Shown here piece by piece: positions 21,444 to 29,669 of a DNA stretch of 64,000 nucleotides. Origin of the DNA: Candidatus Nanohalarchaeota archaeon (GTDB taxonomy: Archaea; Nanohalarchaeota; Nanosalinia; Nanosalinales; Nanosalinaceae); contig JALDAJ010000001.1 of assembly GCA_022729235.1 (NCBI GenBank), positions 256,001-320,000 on the forward strand, written 5' to 3'. Position numbers and translations under genes: made by a program. How positions within the stretch are numbered: position 1 is the stretch's first letter; every line of letters begins with the position of its first letter. The notes under the pieces were generated by a model that saw only the letters and a list, made by a program, of their open reading frames with translations, made no database searches and was not told the origin of the DNA.

Positions 21444-22367
21444 ATGACATCAGACCCCTTCCGATCTACCGTTAGAAAACGGGTAAAAAACGCCCTCAAA
21501 ACAAACAGTTTGTCCGCGGCGTCAAACGCCCTTTTCGGGTCGACAGCTGATAAACACAGCGAACATTTTGAAGACCTCAAAGAAGACCTGAAAAAAGCGG
21601 ATATGGACGTTCTCTACCGCACCTACGTGTCAAAGATGTTCCTGTATACAACCCTCGCCTTCATTTTCTCCACGGTAATGGGTCTGGGATACAGCATGGT
21701 GAATAGCCTGGCGCCTCTACAGGCAGTAAGGTTCTCAATCGGATTACCTCTCGCATTTTCAGTTCTGGTATTCGGATTAATGTACCTGTATCCTTCCCAG
21801 AGAGCGAAGAGACGGAAGAGAAACATAGAGGAAAACCTTCCCTTCGCACTCAACCACCTCAGCGCCATCGCAACCTCAGGAATACCTCCCAGTTCGATGT
21901 TCCAGCTCCTGCACGGGTTCGAAGAATACGGGGCGATTTCAGAAGAGGCTGGAGAGATCTCCCGGCGTGTTAACGTCTTCGGGGAGGATCTTACAACAGC
22001 ACTAAGAGAAGTTGCTGAAAGATCACCCAGCCAAGACTGGAGCGAGATTCTATACGGTATGCTGTCAACGATAGAGACCGGAGGAAATATCGATGAATAC
22101 ATGAGACAGAAAGCAGACGAGGCACTCTTCGATCTTAAGATAGAGCGCGAGAAGGAGATCGAACGTATAAGCACCTATGCATCTTTCTATACCGCCATCC
22201 TGATTGCAGCACCAGTCTTCCTCGTAGTTATCCTTGCAGTGATGAACCTGCTCGGTGGTCGGCTAATGGGTTTCGAGATAAGAGACCTGATGTGGCTCGG
22301 CGTCCACGTGATTATCCCTGTGATAAACACCCTATTCATAATATTCCTGGCACTGAAGGTGGACTAG
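21444..22367 (+). CDS. Type IV pilus membrane platform protein (TadC/T2SS F family)
   Basis: IEENLPFALNHL, GEDLTTALR, IETGG; multiple TM helices. Confidence 0.92.
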   Translation: MTSDPFRSTVRKRVKNALKTNSLSAASNALFGSTADKHSEHFEDLKEDLKKADMDVLYRTYVSKMFLYTTLAFIFSTVMGLGYSMVNSLAPLQAVRFSIGLPLAFSVLVFGLMYLYPSQRAKRRKRNIEENLPFALNHLSAIATSGIPPSSMFQLLHGFEEYGAISEEAGEISRRVNVFGEDLTTALREVAERSPSQDWSEILYGMLSTIETGGNIDEYMRQKADEALFDLKIEREKEIERISTYASFYTAILIAAPVFLVVILAVMNLLGGRLMGFEIRDLMWLGVHVIIPVINTLFIIFLALKVD

Positions 22368-23585
22368 ATGGAGAAAAGCACTAAAGAGAAGTACGAACTG
22401 AAGATCAAGAACTTCTGGCGGCGAAATGAGAGGCTGATAGTTCTTATCGCCGCCGCAGCTATCGCAGGACTTATGCTTGCATTAGCAAATACATGGTACT
22501 ACAACCATACGACAAACAAGTTCACGCTCGACCAGCCCCAGGTAATCGATAACGAGAACGACGCAACGTTCAGCTTTGAACTCGAAAACCCCAGGGTAAC
22601 CACTGAAACAATTATAGAACTTGAGTTACAGAACGTCAGGAGAGACTCTGATGTACATATCTCCGTGAATGGAGAGACACTGCAGCAGATAACAAGCGAA
22701 GAAACCGTTATCAGCGTCCCTCCCGAGTTACTTGAAAACAATAACCAGGTCAGAATCTACAGGGAAACTATAGGATTTGACACCCAGGAACTAGTCGCTG
22801 CAGAAGTCGTCTCACACACGAACTTTCAGCAACTGATGTTCGTACTCCTCAACCTCTCCGCTTTTATCCTGATATTCATCCCCCTGGGTTACGTAAAATA
22901 CCAGGAATACGTGGAAAGGAAGAAAATAGAAGACCAGTTCCCCTCCTTCCTCCGGGATATCGTCCAGGGTAACCGCGCCGGCATGTCACTACCCCAGGCA
23001 ATACAGAACACACAGAACAGTAGCTATGGTCCTCTAGACGACCATATACAGAAGATGTCCGCCCAGATAGAATGGGGTGTACCCTTCGACGAAGTACTCA
23101 AGAACTTTGGAAATGAAGTTGGCTCACCGCTCATAAAGAGGAGTGCTGACACTATAATACAGGCCTATACCTCCGGAGGTAACATACAGGATGTTCTGGA
23201 ATCCGTTGGAGAAAACATTCGCTCAATCAAGCAGTTGAAAGAGGAGCGTACAAGCCAGCTGTACGGCGAAATGATAACCGGGTACATAGTCTACTTTATC
23301 TTCATCGGCATCCTTGTCGCACTGATGACATTCCTTCTACCAAATCTTGCAGACGCATCCGAGGCAATGGGTGGCGGAATAGGCATACTTGGAGAAAGCG
23401 GAGGTGGAGATCTGCAGGAAAACATCTCTCTATACGAAGTCTGGTTCTCAAGACTAGTATTTATACAGGCACTCTTCTCCGGCGTAATAATCGGGAAACT
23501 CGCCGAGGGCGAACTCAAGGCAGGACTGAAACACTCCGCGATACTGTTCGCAGTAGGATACCTTTCCGTCACGTTCTTCCTGTGA
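22368..23585 (+). CDS. TadC/T2SS F family protein with an extra extracellular beta-rich domain
   Basis: IEDQFPSFLRDI...GMSLPQA, WGVPF; about 110 aa polar insert between the first TM helices. Confidence 0.88.
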   Translation: MEKSTKEKYELKIKNFWRRNERLIVLIAAAAIAGLMLALANTWYYNHTTNKFTLDQPQVIDNENDATFSFELENPRVTTETIIELELQNVRRDSDVHISVNGETLQQITSEETVISVPPELLENNNQVRIYRETIGFDTQELVAAEVVSHTNFQQLMFVLLNLSAFILIFIPLGYVKYQEYVERKKIEDQFPSFLRDIVQGNRAGMSLPQAIQNTQNSSYGPLDDHIQKMSAQIEWGVPFDEVLKNFGNEVGSPLIKRSADTIIQAYTSGGNIQDVLESVGENIRSIKQLKEERTSQLYGEMITGYIVYFIFIGILVALMTFLLPNLADASEAMGGGIGILGESGGGDLQENISLYEVWFSRLVFIQALFSGVIIGKLAEGELKAGLKHSAILFAVGYLSVTFFL

Positions 23586-23625
23586 CACGTACCAAATAAA
23601 AACAAGCTCTCACAAACGCAAGTAT

Positions 23626-24051
23626 ATGCGAAAAGGTATTTCTCCACTGATAGCTTCCGTGTTACTCCTGGCAGTTACCCTATCGATTGCAAGCATCTTC
23701 TCGGGCTGGGGACCTGACATCGTAAGAACAGTAACTGACGAAACAGGAAACCAGACGGAGCAAACAATCAGCTGCAACCAGGCATCTCTAAGTATCGAAT
23801 CGGCAAAGTACTTCACGGGTGACGGTGAAACCTCCGTAGTAATCAGAAATACCGGTACATCTAATCTGGACGAAGTCCTGGTCTCCGCCTGGCAGGACAA
23901 TCTTCCGATGGAAGATGCAGAGGAGACAGTAGAAGTAGATCGGGGAGACTTTGAAACCATAAATCTGACAACTACGTCCGGTCCTGATAGAATTGAAGCA
24001 TTCTCCAGACAGTGTTCAGACGTATGGGATGATGAGGAAGAGATAAACTAA
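23626..24051 (+). CDS. Type IV pilin (class III signal peptide)
   Basis: MRKG/ISPLIASVLLLAVT. Confidence 0.92.
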   Translation: MRKGISPLIASVLLLAVTLSIASIFSGWGPDIVRTVTDETGNQTEQTISCNQASLSIESAKYFTGDGETSVVIRNTGTSNLDEVLVSAWQDNLPMEDAEETVEVDRGDFETINLTTTSGPDRIEAFSRQCSDVWDDEEEIN

Positions 24052-24060
24052 AGTGATCCG

Positions 24061-24489
24061 ATGAAAGGTATTTCACACATAGTATCCGCAGTAATCGTGC
24101 TTGCAGTCGGCATCACAGCAGTATCCATATATGCAGAATGGGCTCCCTATCTAGCCGAGAATATCGCGGGAGATGCAGCTGAACAAACCGATCAAGAGAT
24201 AAAATGCCGGAACGCAGCTATTACAGTTGAAAACGCAGAATACAGCCAGAGCGGGCAAATAGCTTTCTTTGACCTGGAAAACACAGGTACAATAAGACTG
24301 TCAGATGGACTTAATGTTGGCGCCCTCACCTCATCAACCGTCCTGAACAGAACCACTGTGTCCTCCCTAGATGTCGGAGAGACACAGCACATAACCATCA
24401 GAACCGATAGAACTCCAGAACGTCTCATGGTCAGCAGCATTGACTGTCCAGAAATAAAAGCCGAGACAGAGAGAATCGATATAGATTAA
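24061..24489 (+). CDS. Type IV pilin (class III signal peptide)
   Basis: MKG/ISHIVSAVIVLAV; Cys pair like the upstream pilin. Confidence 0.9.
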   Translation: MKGISHIVSAVIVLAVGITAVSIYAEWAPYLAENIAGDAAEQTDQEIKCRNAAITVENAEYSQSGQIAFFDLENTGTIRLSDGLNVGALTSSTVLNRTTVSSLDVGETQHITIRTDRTPERLMVSSIDCPEIKAETERIDID

Positions 24490-24544
24490 ATCTGAGCCGT
24501 CTACAGTAGTAAAAAATGTAAATACAAACCACATATCTTCTTCT

Positions 24545-24742
24545 ATGACAGAGAATTTCTGGATAATAGAGCTCTACAACGATGAAACAGCGAACATCTC
24601 AGTAACCTCTAAAGCAGAGATAGAAGCGCTGGAGAAAAACGGAGATATCGAAGACTGGCAGTGGGAACCTGCCTCAGAAGCCTCGGAGGACGACATGATC
24701 GAGAGAGCGGAAGACCACGGCTACGAACACGACCCGTGGTAA
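24545..24742 (+). CDS. Small acidic hypothetical protein
   Basis: 65 aa ORF with typical acidic composition. Confidence 0.65.
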   Translation: MTENFWIIELYNDETANISVTSKAEIEALEKNGDIEDWQWEPASEASEDDMIERAEDHGYEHDPW

Positions 24743-24934
24743 CCCTATAGAAACTCAGTACCGTACTGCGCCATTATGTCCGCAGATTCGTGGTACATTC
24801 CAGGGTTCTCAAGATAGTGTTCTACCACCCCGTCAACTAAACCATCCACCCCATAAGCAATACCTTCAAAATATTCTAGACATGACTCCCCAAGAGACTC
24901 CTCTGTATATAACTCCAGTTCGACAAAATTCAGG

Positions 24935-24964
24935 ACACGAAGTGTAGCCGAGCCCGGATTTGAA
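24935..24964 (-). repeat. Duplicated 3' end plus trailer of tRNA-Phe
   Basis: ACACGAAGTGTAGCCGAGCCCGGATTTGAA vs 25005-25034 (28/30 identical). Confidence 0.9.
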
Positions 24965-25014
24965 TTCGAAGACAAGTCTTCTGCAACCAAATGCGGGCAT
25001 AGGCACACAAAGTG

Positions 25015-25132
25015 TGGCCGAGCCCGGATTTGAACCGGGGACAACTGCATAGCTGAACTACGTTCACCGAAACACCGACTGGATGTCGGCGTGTCTTCAG
25101 TGCAGCGCTCTCCCAGGCTGAGCTACTCGGCC
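25015..25132 (-). tRNA. tRNA-Phe(GAA) with 44-nt intron at 37/38 (25051-25094)
   Basis: Acceptor GGCCGAG/CTCGGCC, stem CTGCA/TGCAG; CTGA pairs with intron TCAG. Confidence 0.93.
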
Positions 25133-25225
25133 GCAAAACTCTCTGTAACTCTAGTTTGATAGGTGAGTTTTAAGAATTGAAAGCATAGCATCGTTCTCAT
25201 AAATCTTCTTCTTCAAAGCCCAATT

Positions 25226-26218
25226 ATGACAGAAGAAACCAGGGACCACGTCCTGCCGGGAACGGAAGAGGAGCATCTCGGAGAAGAAGTGAAGGGGTAC
25301 GACTTCAGAGGCGAGTTCGACCTTGAAGAGATGCTGGAGAGCTACGAGACCACCGGCTTCCAGGCCACACACCTGAAAGAGGCTATCGATCTCGTGAAGA
25401 AGATGCGAGAGGAAGATGCAAAGATATTCCTGACCTTTACATCCAATATAATCTCATCCGGTCTCCGGGAGACTATCGCATACCTTGCCCGTGAAGACTT
25501 TGTGGATGTAATGATAACCTCCTCTGGCTCCCATACAGAAGACGTTATCAAGACCGCGAAGGAGTTCAAGATGGGAGACTGGGACGCCAACGAGGCGGAG
25601 CTGCGCGAACAGGGCATCAACCGGCTCGGCAACATCTACGTAGAGTCAGACTGCTACGTCTGGCTGGAAAAATGGCTCAACGACGAGTTCTTCCCAGACT
25701 TCTTCGACGAAGAAAAAATCAGGACGCCTACAGAGGTCGCACAGGAGCTCGGTAGAAAGGTCGGAGCGGACAGCGACCTTGATGGAAGCGATTCCTTCCT
25801 CTACCACGCCTCCGAAAACGATATACCGGTCTACTGTCCCGCGCTAATCGATGCGGAAATCGGCGACTTCCTGTTCTACTACCGGCAGGAGGTCGATGCG
25901 GAGATAGGTATTGAGATACTTGATGACTGGGACTCACTTATCCACGAAGCCGTTGAAGCCGAAAAGACAGGTATTATCGCGGTCGGTGACGGCGTCCCAA
26001 AACACCAGGCAATCATGTCCAACCTGTTCAAGGGCGGCAGCGACTACGCAGTCTACATATCGACAGGAATGGAGGGAGACGGCTCCCTCTCAGGCGCACC
26101 ACCTAAAGAAGCCGTTTCCTGGGGCAAGATAAAGGAGAACACAAGGAACTACACGCAGGTCGAGGCAGAAGCAACGCTCGTGTTTCCATTACTGGTTGCA
26201 GCGGCGTTCAAGCGTTAA
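25226..26218 (+). CDS. dys: Deoxyhypusine synthase
   Basis: TGFQA, TSNIISSGLRE, NRLGN, GVPKH, DGSLSGA..EAVSWGK. Confidence 0.97.
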   Translation: MTEETRDHVLPGTEEEHLGEEVKGYDFRGEFDLEEMLESYETTGFQATHLKEAIDLVKKMREEDAKIFLTFTSNIISSGLRETIAYLAREDFVDVMITSSGSHTEDVIKTAKEFKMGDWDANEAELREQGINRLGNIYVESDCYVWLEKWLNDEFFPDFFDEEKIRTPTEVAQELGRKVGADSDLDGSDSFLYHASENDIPVYCPALIDAEIGDFLFYYRQEVDAEIGIEILDDWDSLIHEAVEAEKTGIIAVGDGVPKHQAIMSNLFKGGSDYAVYISTGMEGDGSLSGAPPKEAVSWGKIKENTRNYTQVEAEATLVFPLLVAAAFKR

Positions 26219-26267
26219 CAGGCGAAAAACTTAAAAAAATAGTCTTCTTTCCCGATTATTACGATAT

Positions 26268-27110
26268 ATGTCGACAAGTACATCTCAAGGTATAGAAGAG
26301 TCTGTAGAATTGCCCGAGGAATTAGAATGGCTTGAAGATAGAGACCGCTATCATTCGGAGTCTATTCTGTCTCCCGACAGCAACTTTCCAGACAGGATTC
26401 TAGTAGATGAAGACGTGTTCGAAAAGCTACCTCTATCCAGACAAGGACAAATGACACTCAGCTATGAGAATCCCGATTCTCAAGAGTTCTTGCAGTTTAT
26501 ACATCCCTTCCTAGATGATGAAGACCACAGTTATAAAGAAAGATTGCTGCAGGCAGTAGTAAGAATCCATAACAACGAAAAGATGAGAGAACTGGGAATC
26601 ACACCTCTGGTTAGATATGACGACGACAGTATAGAACATATACCATTTGGAATGGACAACTTCGTCGCAATACGTGGAGAACTAGTAAACGAGGATGACT
26701 TCTTCCACGATCCTCCCCCAAAATTAATAGGAGAGTACCGTGACGAATTCGAAGATGTAGGATGGAAGATGTATGACGCCATAAGGCAGGGAGAGATCGC
26801 ATATATAGAAGGAAAAGGGTCTTGGATTGAAGATCTTCTCAGCAACAGAGCTATTTACAACCAAAAAGTTGTAGTAACAGATATGGGCGAACTCGGTCCC
26901 GAGATGTTTAGATATTTCCAGGAGTTGGATTCATCAGTACGAGACTTCGTATTCGACGAATTTGACGAGGCACCATTTTACAACGAATTAGAATTTCTAG
27001 GAGAGCCTAACCTGATAGAAAGATTCCTTGAGCACTATAATACACCTATGGACCATAACAAGAATGCCATGTCTCTCCAAGAAGATCAAACTAGATCCCA
27101 CTTTTATTAG
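26268..27110 (+). CDS. Hypothetical protein, possibly kinase-like fold
   Basis: 280 aa ORF; EDLLSN...VVVTDMG is weakly similar to kinase catalytic loop/DFG motifs. Confidence 0.5.
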   Translation: MSTSTSQGIEESVELPEELEWLEDRDRYHSESILSPDSNFPDRILVDEDVFEKLPLSRQGQMTLSYENPDSQEFLQFIHPFLDDEDHSYKERLLQAVVRIHNNEKMRELGITPLVRYDDDSIEHIPFGMDNFVAIRGELVNEDDFFHDPPPKLIGEYRDEFEDVGWKMYDAIRQGEIAYIEGKGSWIEDLLSNRAIYNQKVVVTDMGELGPEMFRYFQELDSSVRDFVFDEFDEAPFYNELEFLGEPNLIERFLEHYNTPMDHNKNAMSLQEDQTRSHFY

Positions 27111-27176
27111 AAGTCTTCAAGAACATACTCTTCTCCAACAACGAAATTAAATAGGGCTCTTCAGGATAAAAATACC

Positions 27177-27995
27177 ATGAAGTACGTCGAGATGCAGGGT
27201 GAGAAAGTCCCGGCGCTCGGGTTCGGTACGTGGCAGATAAAAGGGAGAAACTGTGTGGAAGGTGTAAAGGATGCGCTTGACATGGGCTACCGGCACATCG
27301 ACACGGCGCAGGCGTACGGCAATGAGGCGGAGGTAGGAAAGGCTATCGCGGAGTCGGATGTTTCCCGGGAGAACATCTGGCTGACCACCAAGGTATGGCG
27401 TGACAACTTGAACCGCGAGAACCTTAAAGACTCTGTTGAGAAAAGCCTTGAGAAACTGGGAACCAACTACGTTGATTTACTACTCATACACTGGCCCTTC
27501 CCGGAGATAGAACTTGAACCTGTCCTGGAAGAGATGAACGACCTCGTGGAAGAGAACCAGGCGTTCAACATCGGGGTCAGCAACTTTACTGCAGAGCAAA
27601 TAGAGAGGGTGCAGGAGTTATCCCGTGTAAAACTCCTGGCGAACCAGGCGGAGTATCACCCGTTCCTGAGTCAGGAAAAGGTTCTCGAAACATGCAGGGC
27701 GCACGACATGATGCTGACCGCGTATTCCCCGCTGGCGAGAGGCGACGTTATAGGAAACGAGACCCTGGAAGAGATAGGTTCGCGCTACGGTAAGACTGAG
27801 GCACAGATCGCTCTCCGTTGGCTGGTGCAGCAGGAAGGTGTCAGTGCGATACCAAAAGCTGCGAGCCATGTTCACCGGGAGGATAACTTCAATATCTTCG
27901 ACTTCGAGTTAACCAGTGAAGAGATGGAGCGTATCCATAACCTCACAAGAGGCGACAGGAAGGTAAATCCCTCGTTTGCACCCGACCGGGACTGA
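27177..27995 (+). CDS. Aldo/keto reductase
   Basis: LGFGTW, GYRHIDTAQAYGNE, DLLLIHWP, IGVSNF, AYSPL, IPKA. Confidence 0.97.
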   Translation: MKYVEMQGEKVPALGFGTWQIKGRNCVEGVKDALDMGYRHIDTAQAYGNEAEVGKAIAESDVSRENIWLTTKVWRDNLNRENLKDSVEKSLEKLGTNYVDLLLIHWPFPEIELEPVLEEMNDLVEENQAFNIGVSNFTAEQIERVQELSRVKLLANQAEYHPFLSQEKVLETCRAHDMMLTAYSPLARGDVIGNETLEEIGSRYGKTEAQIALRWLVQQEGVSAIPKAASHVHREDNFNIFDFELTSEEMERIHNLTRGDRKVNPSFAPDRD

Positions 27996-28085
27996 GATAT
28001 ATCTCTGCACAGGCTAGCATCTGTCCTTCTATAGTTACCGAGTTAAGGAGAACCGGACCAGTTACATACCAGATCGAATTCAAGG

Positions 28086-28556
28086 GTGTCGCCATTGGAC
28101 AAGACCACTATCTCCGCGAGACTGCCGACAAAGCTAGTGAAGCTGATAGACAACATGTCAGACAACCGTACCGAGTTCTTGACAGAGGCTGTTATACGCA
28201 GAATCCACGACGAGGAACTCGTGAGAGAGGAAATCGAGAGGCAGAAAAGGGAGCGCGACCAGCTCATCAATGAGAAGCAGAGGATAGAGAAAGAGATAGA
28301 GGAGAAACGCGACGATATAAGGGAGTTGGAGAACATACTGACCGAGGTTCGGTCGCTTAACAAGGTCAGGGACAAGATACCTGACCAGGAGATACATAAG
28401 ATAAGGAAGATTGTCCGGAAGAACAAGTACGACAACGACCCGCGCAGCCTTTCTCCCCAGGCAGTTATCGAACACAACGCAGATAACCTAGCTAACCGGT
28501 ACGATGTTGAAAAAGAGAAAGTGGTGGAAATACTCAAGATACAGGCGTCTACGTAA
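28086..28556 (+). CDS. Ribbon-helix-helix protein with a long coiled coil
   Basis: TTISARLPTKLVKLID...NRTEFLTEAV (CopG-like) followed by a heptad-rich segment. Confidence 0.7.
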   Translation: MSPLDKTTISARLPTKLVKLIDNMSDNRTEFLTEAVIRRIHDEELVREEIERQKRERDQLINEKQRIEKEIEEKRDDIRELENILTEVRSLNKVRDKIPDQEIHKIRKIVRKNKYDNDPRSLSPQAVIEHNADNLANRYDVEKEKVVEILKIQAST

Positions 28557-28685
28557 CACAGCCTCTTATCATTATTACATCACCGCATGATTCTCTCCCT
28601 AACCTGTTTTAGTCCAGAGAAACCGCGTCATAAATACAAGACCTCTTCTGTAATAGCTCCCGACCCTCGATGTAAAACATCTCTC

Positions 28686-28719
28686 TGTATTATTACGAAG
28701 AGTACCCGGTAATAATACA
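28686..28719. promoter_or_regulatory. Perfect 11-bp inverted repeat, candidate operator
   Basis: TGTATTATTAC-N12-GTAATAATACA. Confidence 0.6.
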
Positions 28720-28831
28720 CAACAAGATAATATCACAAGGTCAAGGAAACAACTCTACTCCCAGGAGAATTTAATACGAGATACCAAAGGTAATAAAGAG
28801 AGTTACGTGCAAAAAATCCGATAAAAACTTA

Positions 28832-28978
28832 TCAATCTTCCTGCGAGTCCTCGTACTTCTCCGCCTTTCTGATAAGCTCCTCGATAACACCGGAGAAGCT
28901 CTGTCCCGGTCGCTTCCTTTCCTTCAATCTCTCATAAATCTGGTTTTTAATCCCTATATTCGTTGTATACTTACCCAT
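28832..28978 (-). CDS. Small RHH protein, VapB/UPF0330-like antitoxin family (48 aa, not in ORF track)
   Basis: MGKYTTNIGIKNQIYERLKERKRPGQSFSGVIEELIRKAEKYEDSQED*. Confidence 0.8.
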   Translation of the reverse strand: MGKYTTNIGIKNQIYERLKERKRPGQSFSGVIEELIRKAEKYEDSQED

Positions 28979-29066
28979 GAGTAATACTTAATCCGTTACG
29001 TAAAAAAGACCACAACAAAGACAGTTATAAACATACACGATTCCTTGTGTAGTTAAAGTGATCTAA

Positions 29067-29264
29067 ATGGAGTTCTCGAAACTATCGATGAGAAAAATCA
29101 TCCGTTCACAGGGTGACAAACGAATCTCGGAAAAAAGCACTGGAAAACTCGGAGAGGTACTGGACAGGTTCGCAGGCGATGTAGCTGAAGAAGCCATCGC
29201 AGTAGCCAGAGAGAATGGAAGAAAGACTGTCCGGGCTGAGGATATCAAGCAAGCGCTGAAATAA
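29067..29264 (+). CDS. Archaeal histone (HMf-like singlet)
   Basis: RKIIR...RIS...GRKTVRAEDI histone-fold motifs, 65 aa. Confidence 0.93.
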   Translation: MEFSKLSMRKIIRSQGDKRISEKSTGKLGEVLDRFAGDVAEEAIAVARENGRKTVRAEDIKQALK

Positions 29265-29340
29265 TTGTAATACAAAACCTCTTTTATTCAGCACTATACC
29301 TCTATATGTATTACAAGATAGCAGAACCAAGAGAATAAAG

Positions 29341-29525
29341 CGCCCAGGCCAGGGCTCGAACCTGGGACCACGACGTTGCTGTACCGAAGACCAGTGATCA
29401 CACCGTTTCCTAGAAACGGTGTTCGAGCATCGCTCTTGAAGAACGATGCGATCTTCTTGAACACCATTCTCGGCGAGAATGGCGTGTTTAACAGCGTCGC
29501 GCTCTACCTGCTGAGCTACCTGGGC
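29341..29525 (-). tRNA. tRNA-Asn(GUU) with 112-nt intron at 37/38 (29377-29488)
   Basis: Acceptor GCCCAGG/CCTGGGC, stem CGACG/CGTCG; CTGT pairs with intron ACAG. Confidence 0.93.
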
Positions 29526-29669
29526 GTGGAACTGTAAAGACGAGATTGCTAGCTATTTTTTTAAACGTGAATGAAAGATAAAGGGAAAAATCCGGGACCG
29601 GTTAGTCCGTCGGATCAGCCGTAACTACTGATTAGCCCGGGAAACACATCACGAGTTTCGGACGGCAGG

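Noticed and set aside
18813-24489. Archaellum operon
   Set aside because: No archaellin-type N-terminus or ArlF/G/CDE seen; two TadC genes fit a pilus.
28686-28719. dif site or replication origin
   Set aside because: The spacer is 12 nt rather than the 6 nt of dif sites; no ORB G-string and no orc1/cdc6 in the window.
28832-28978. Complete VapBC toxin-antitoxin pair
   Set aside because: No PIN-domain ORF downstream.
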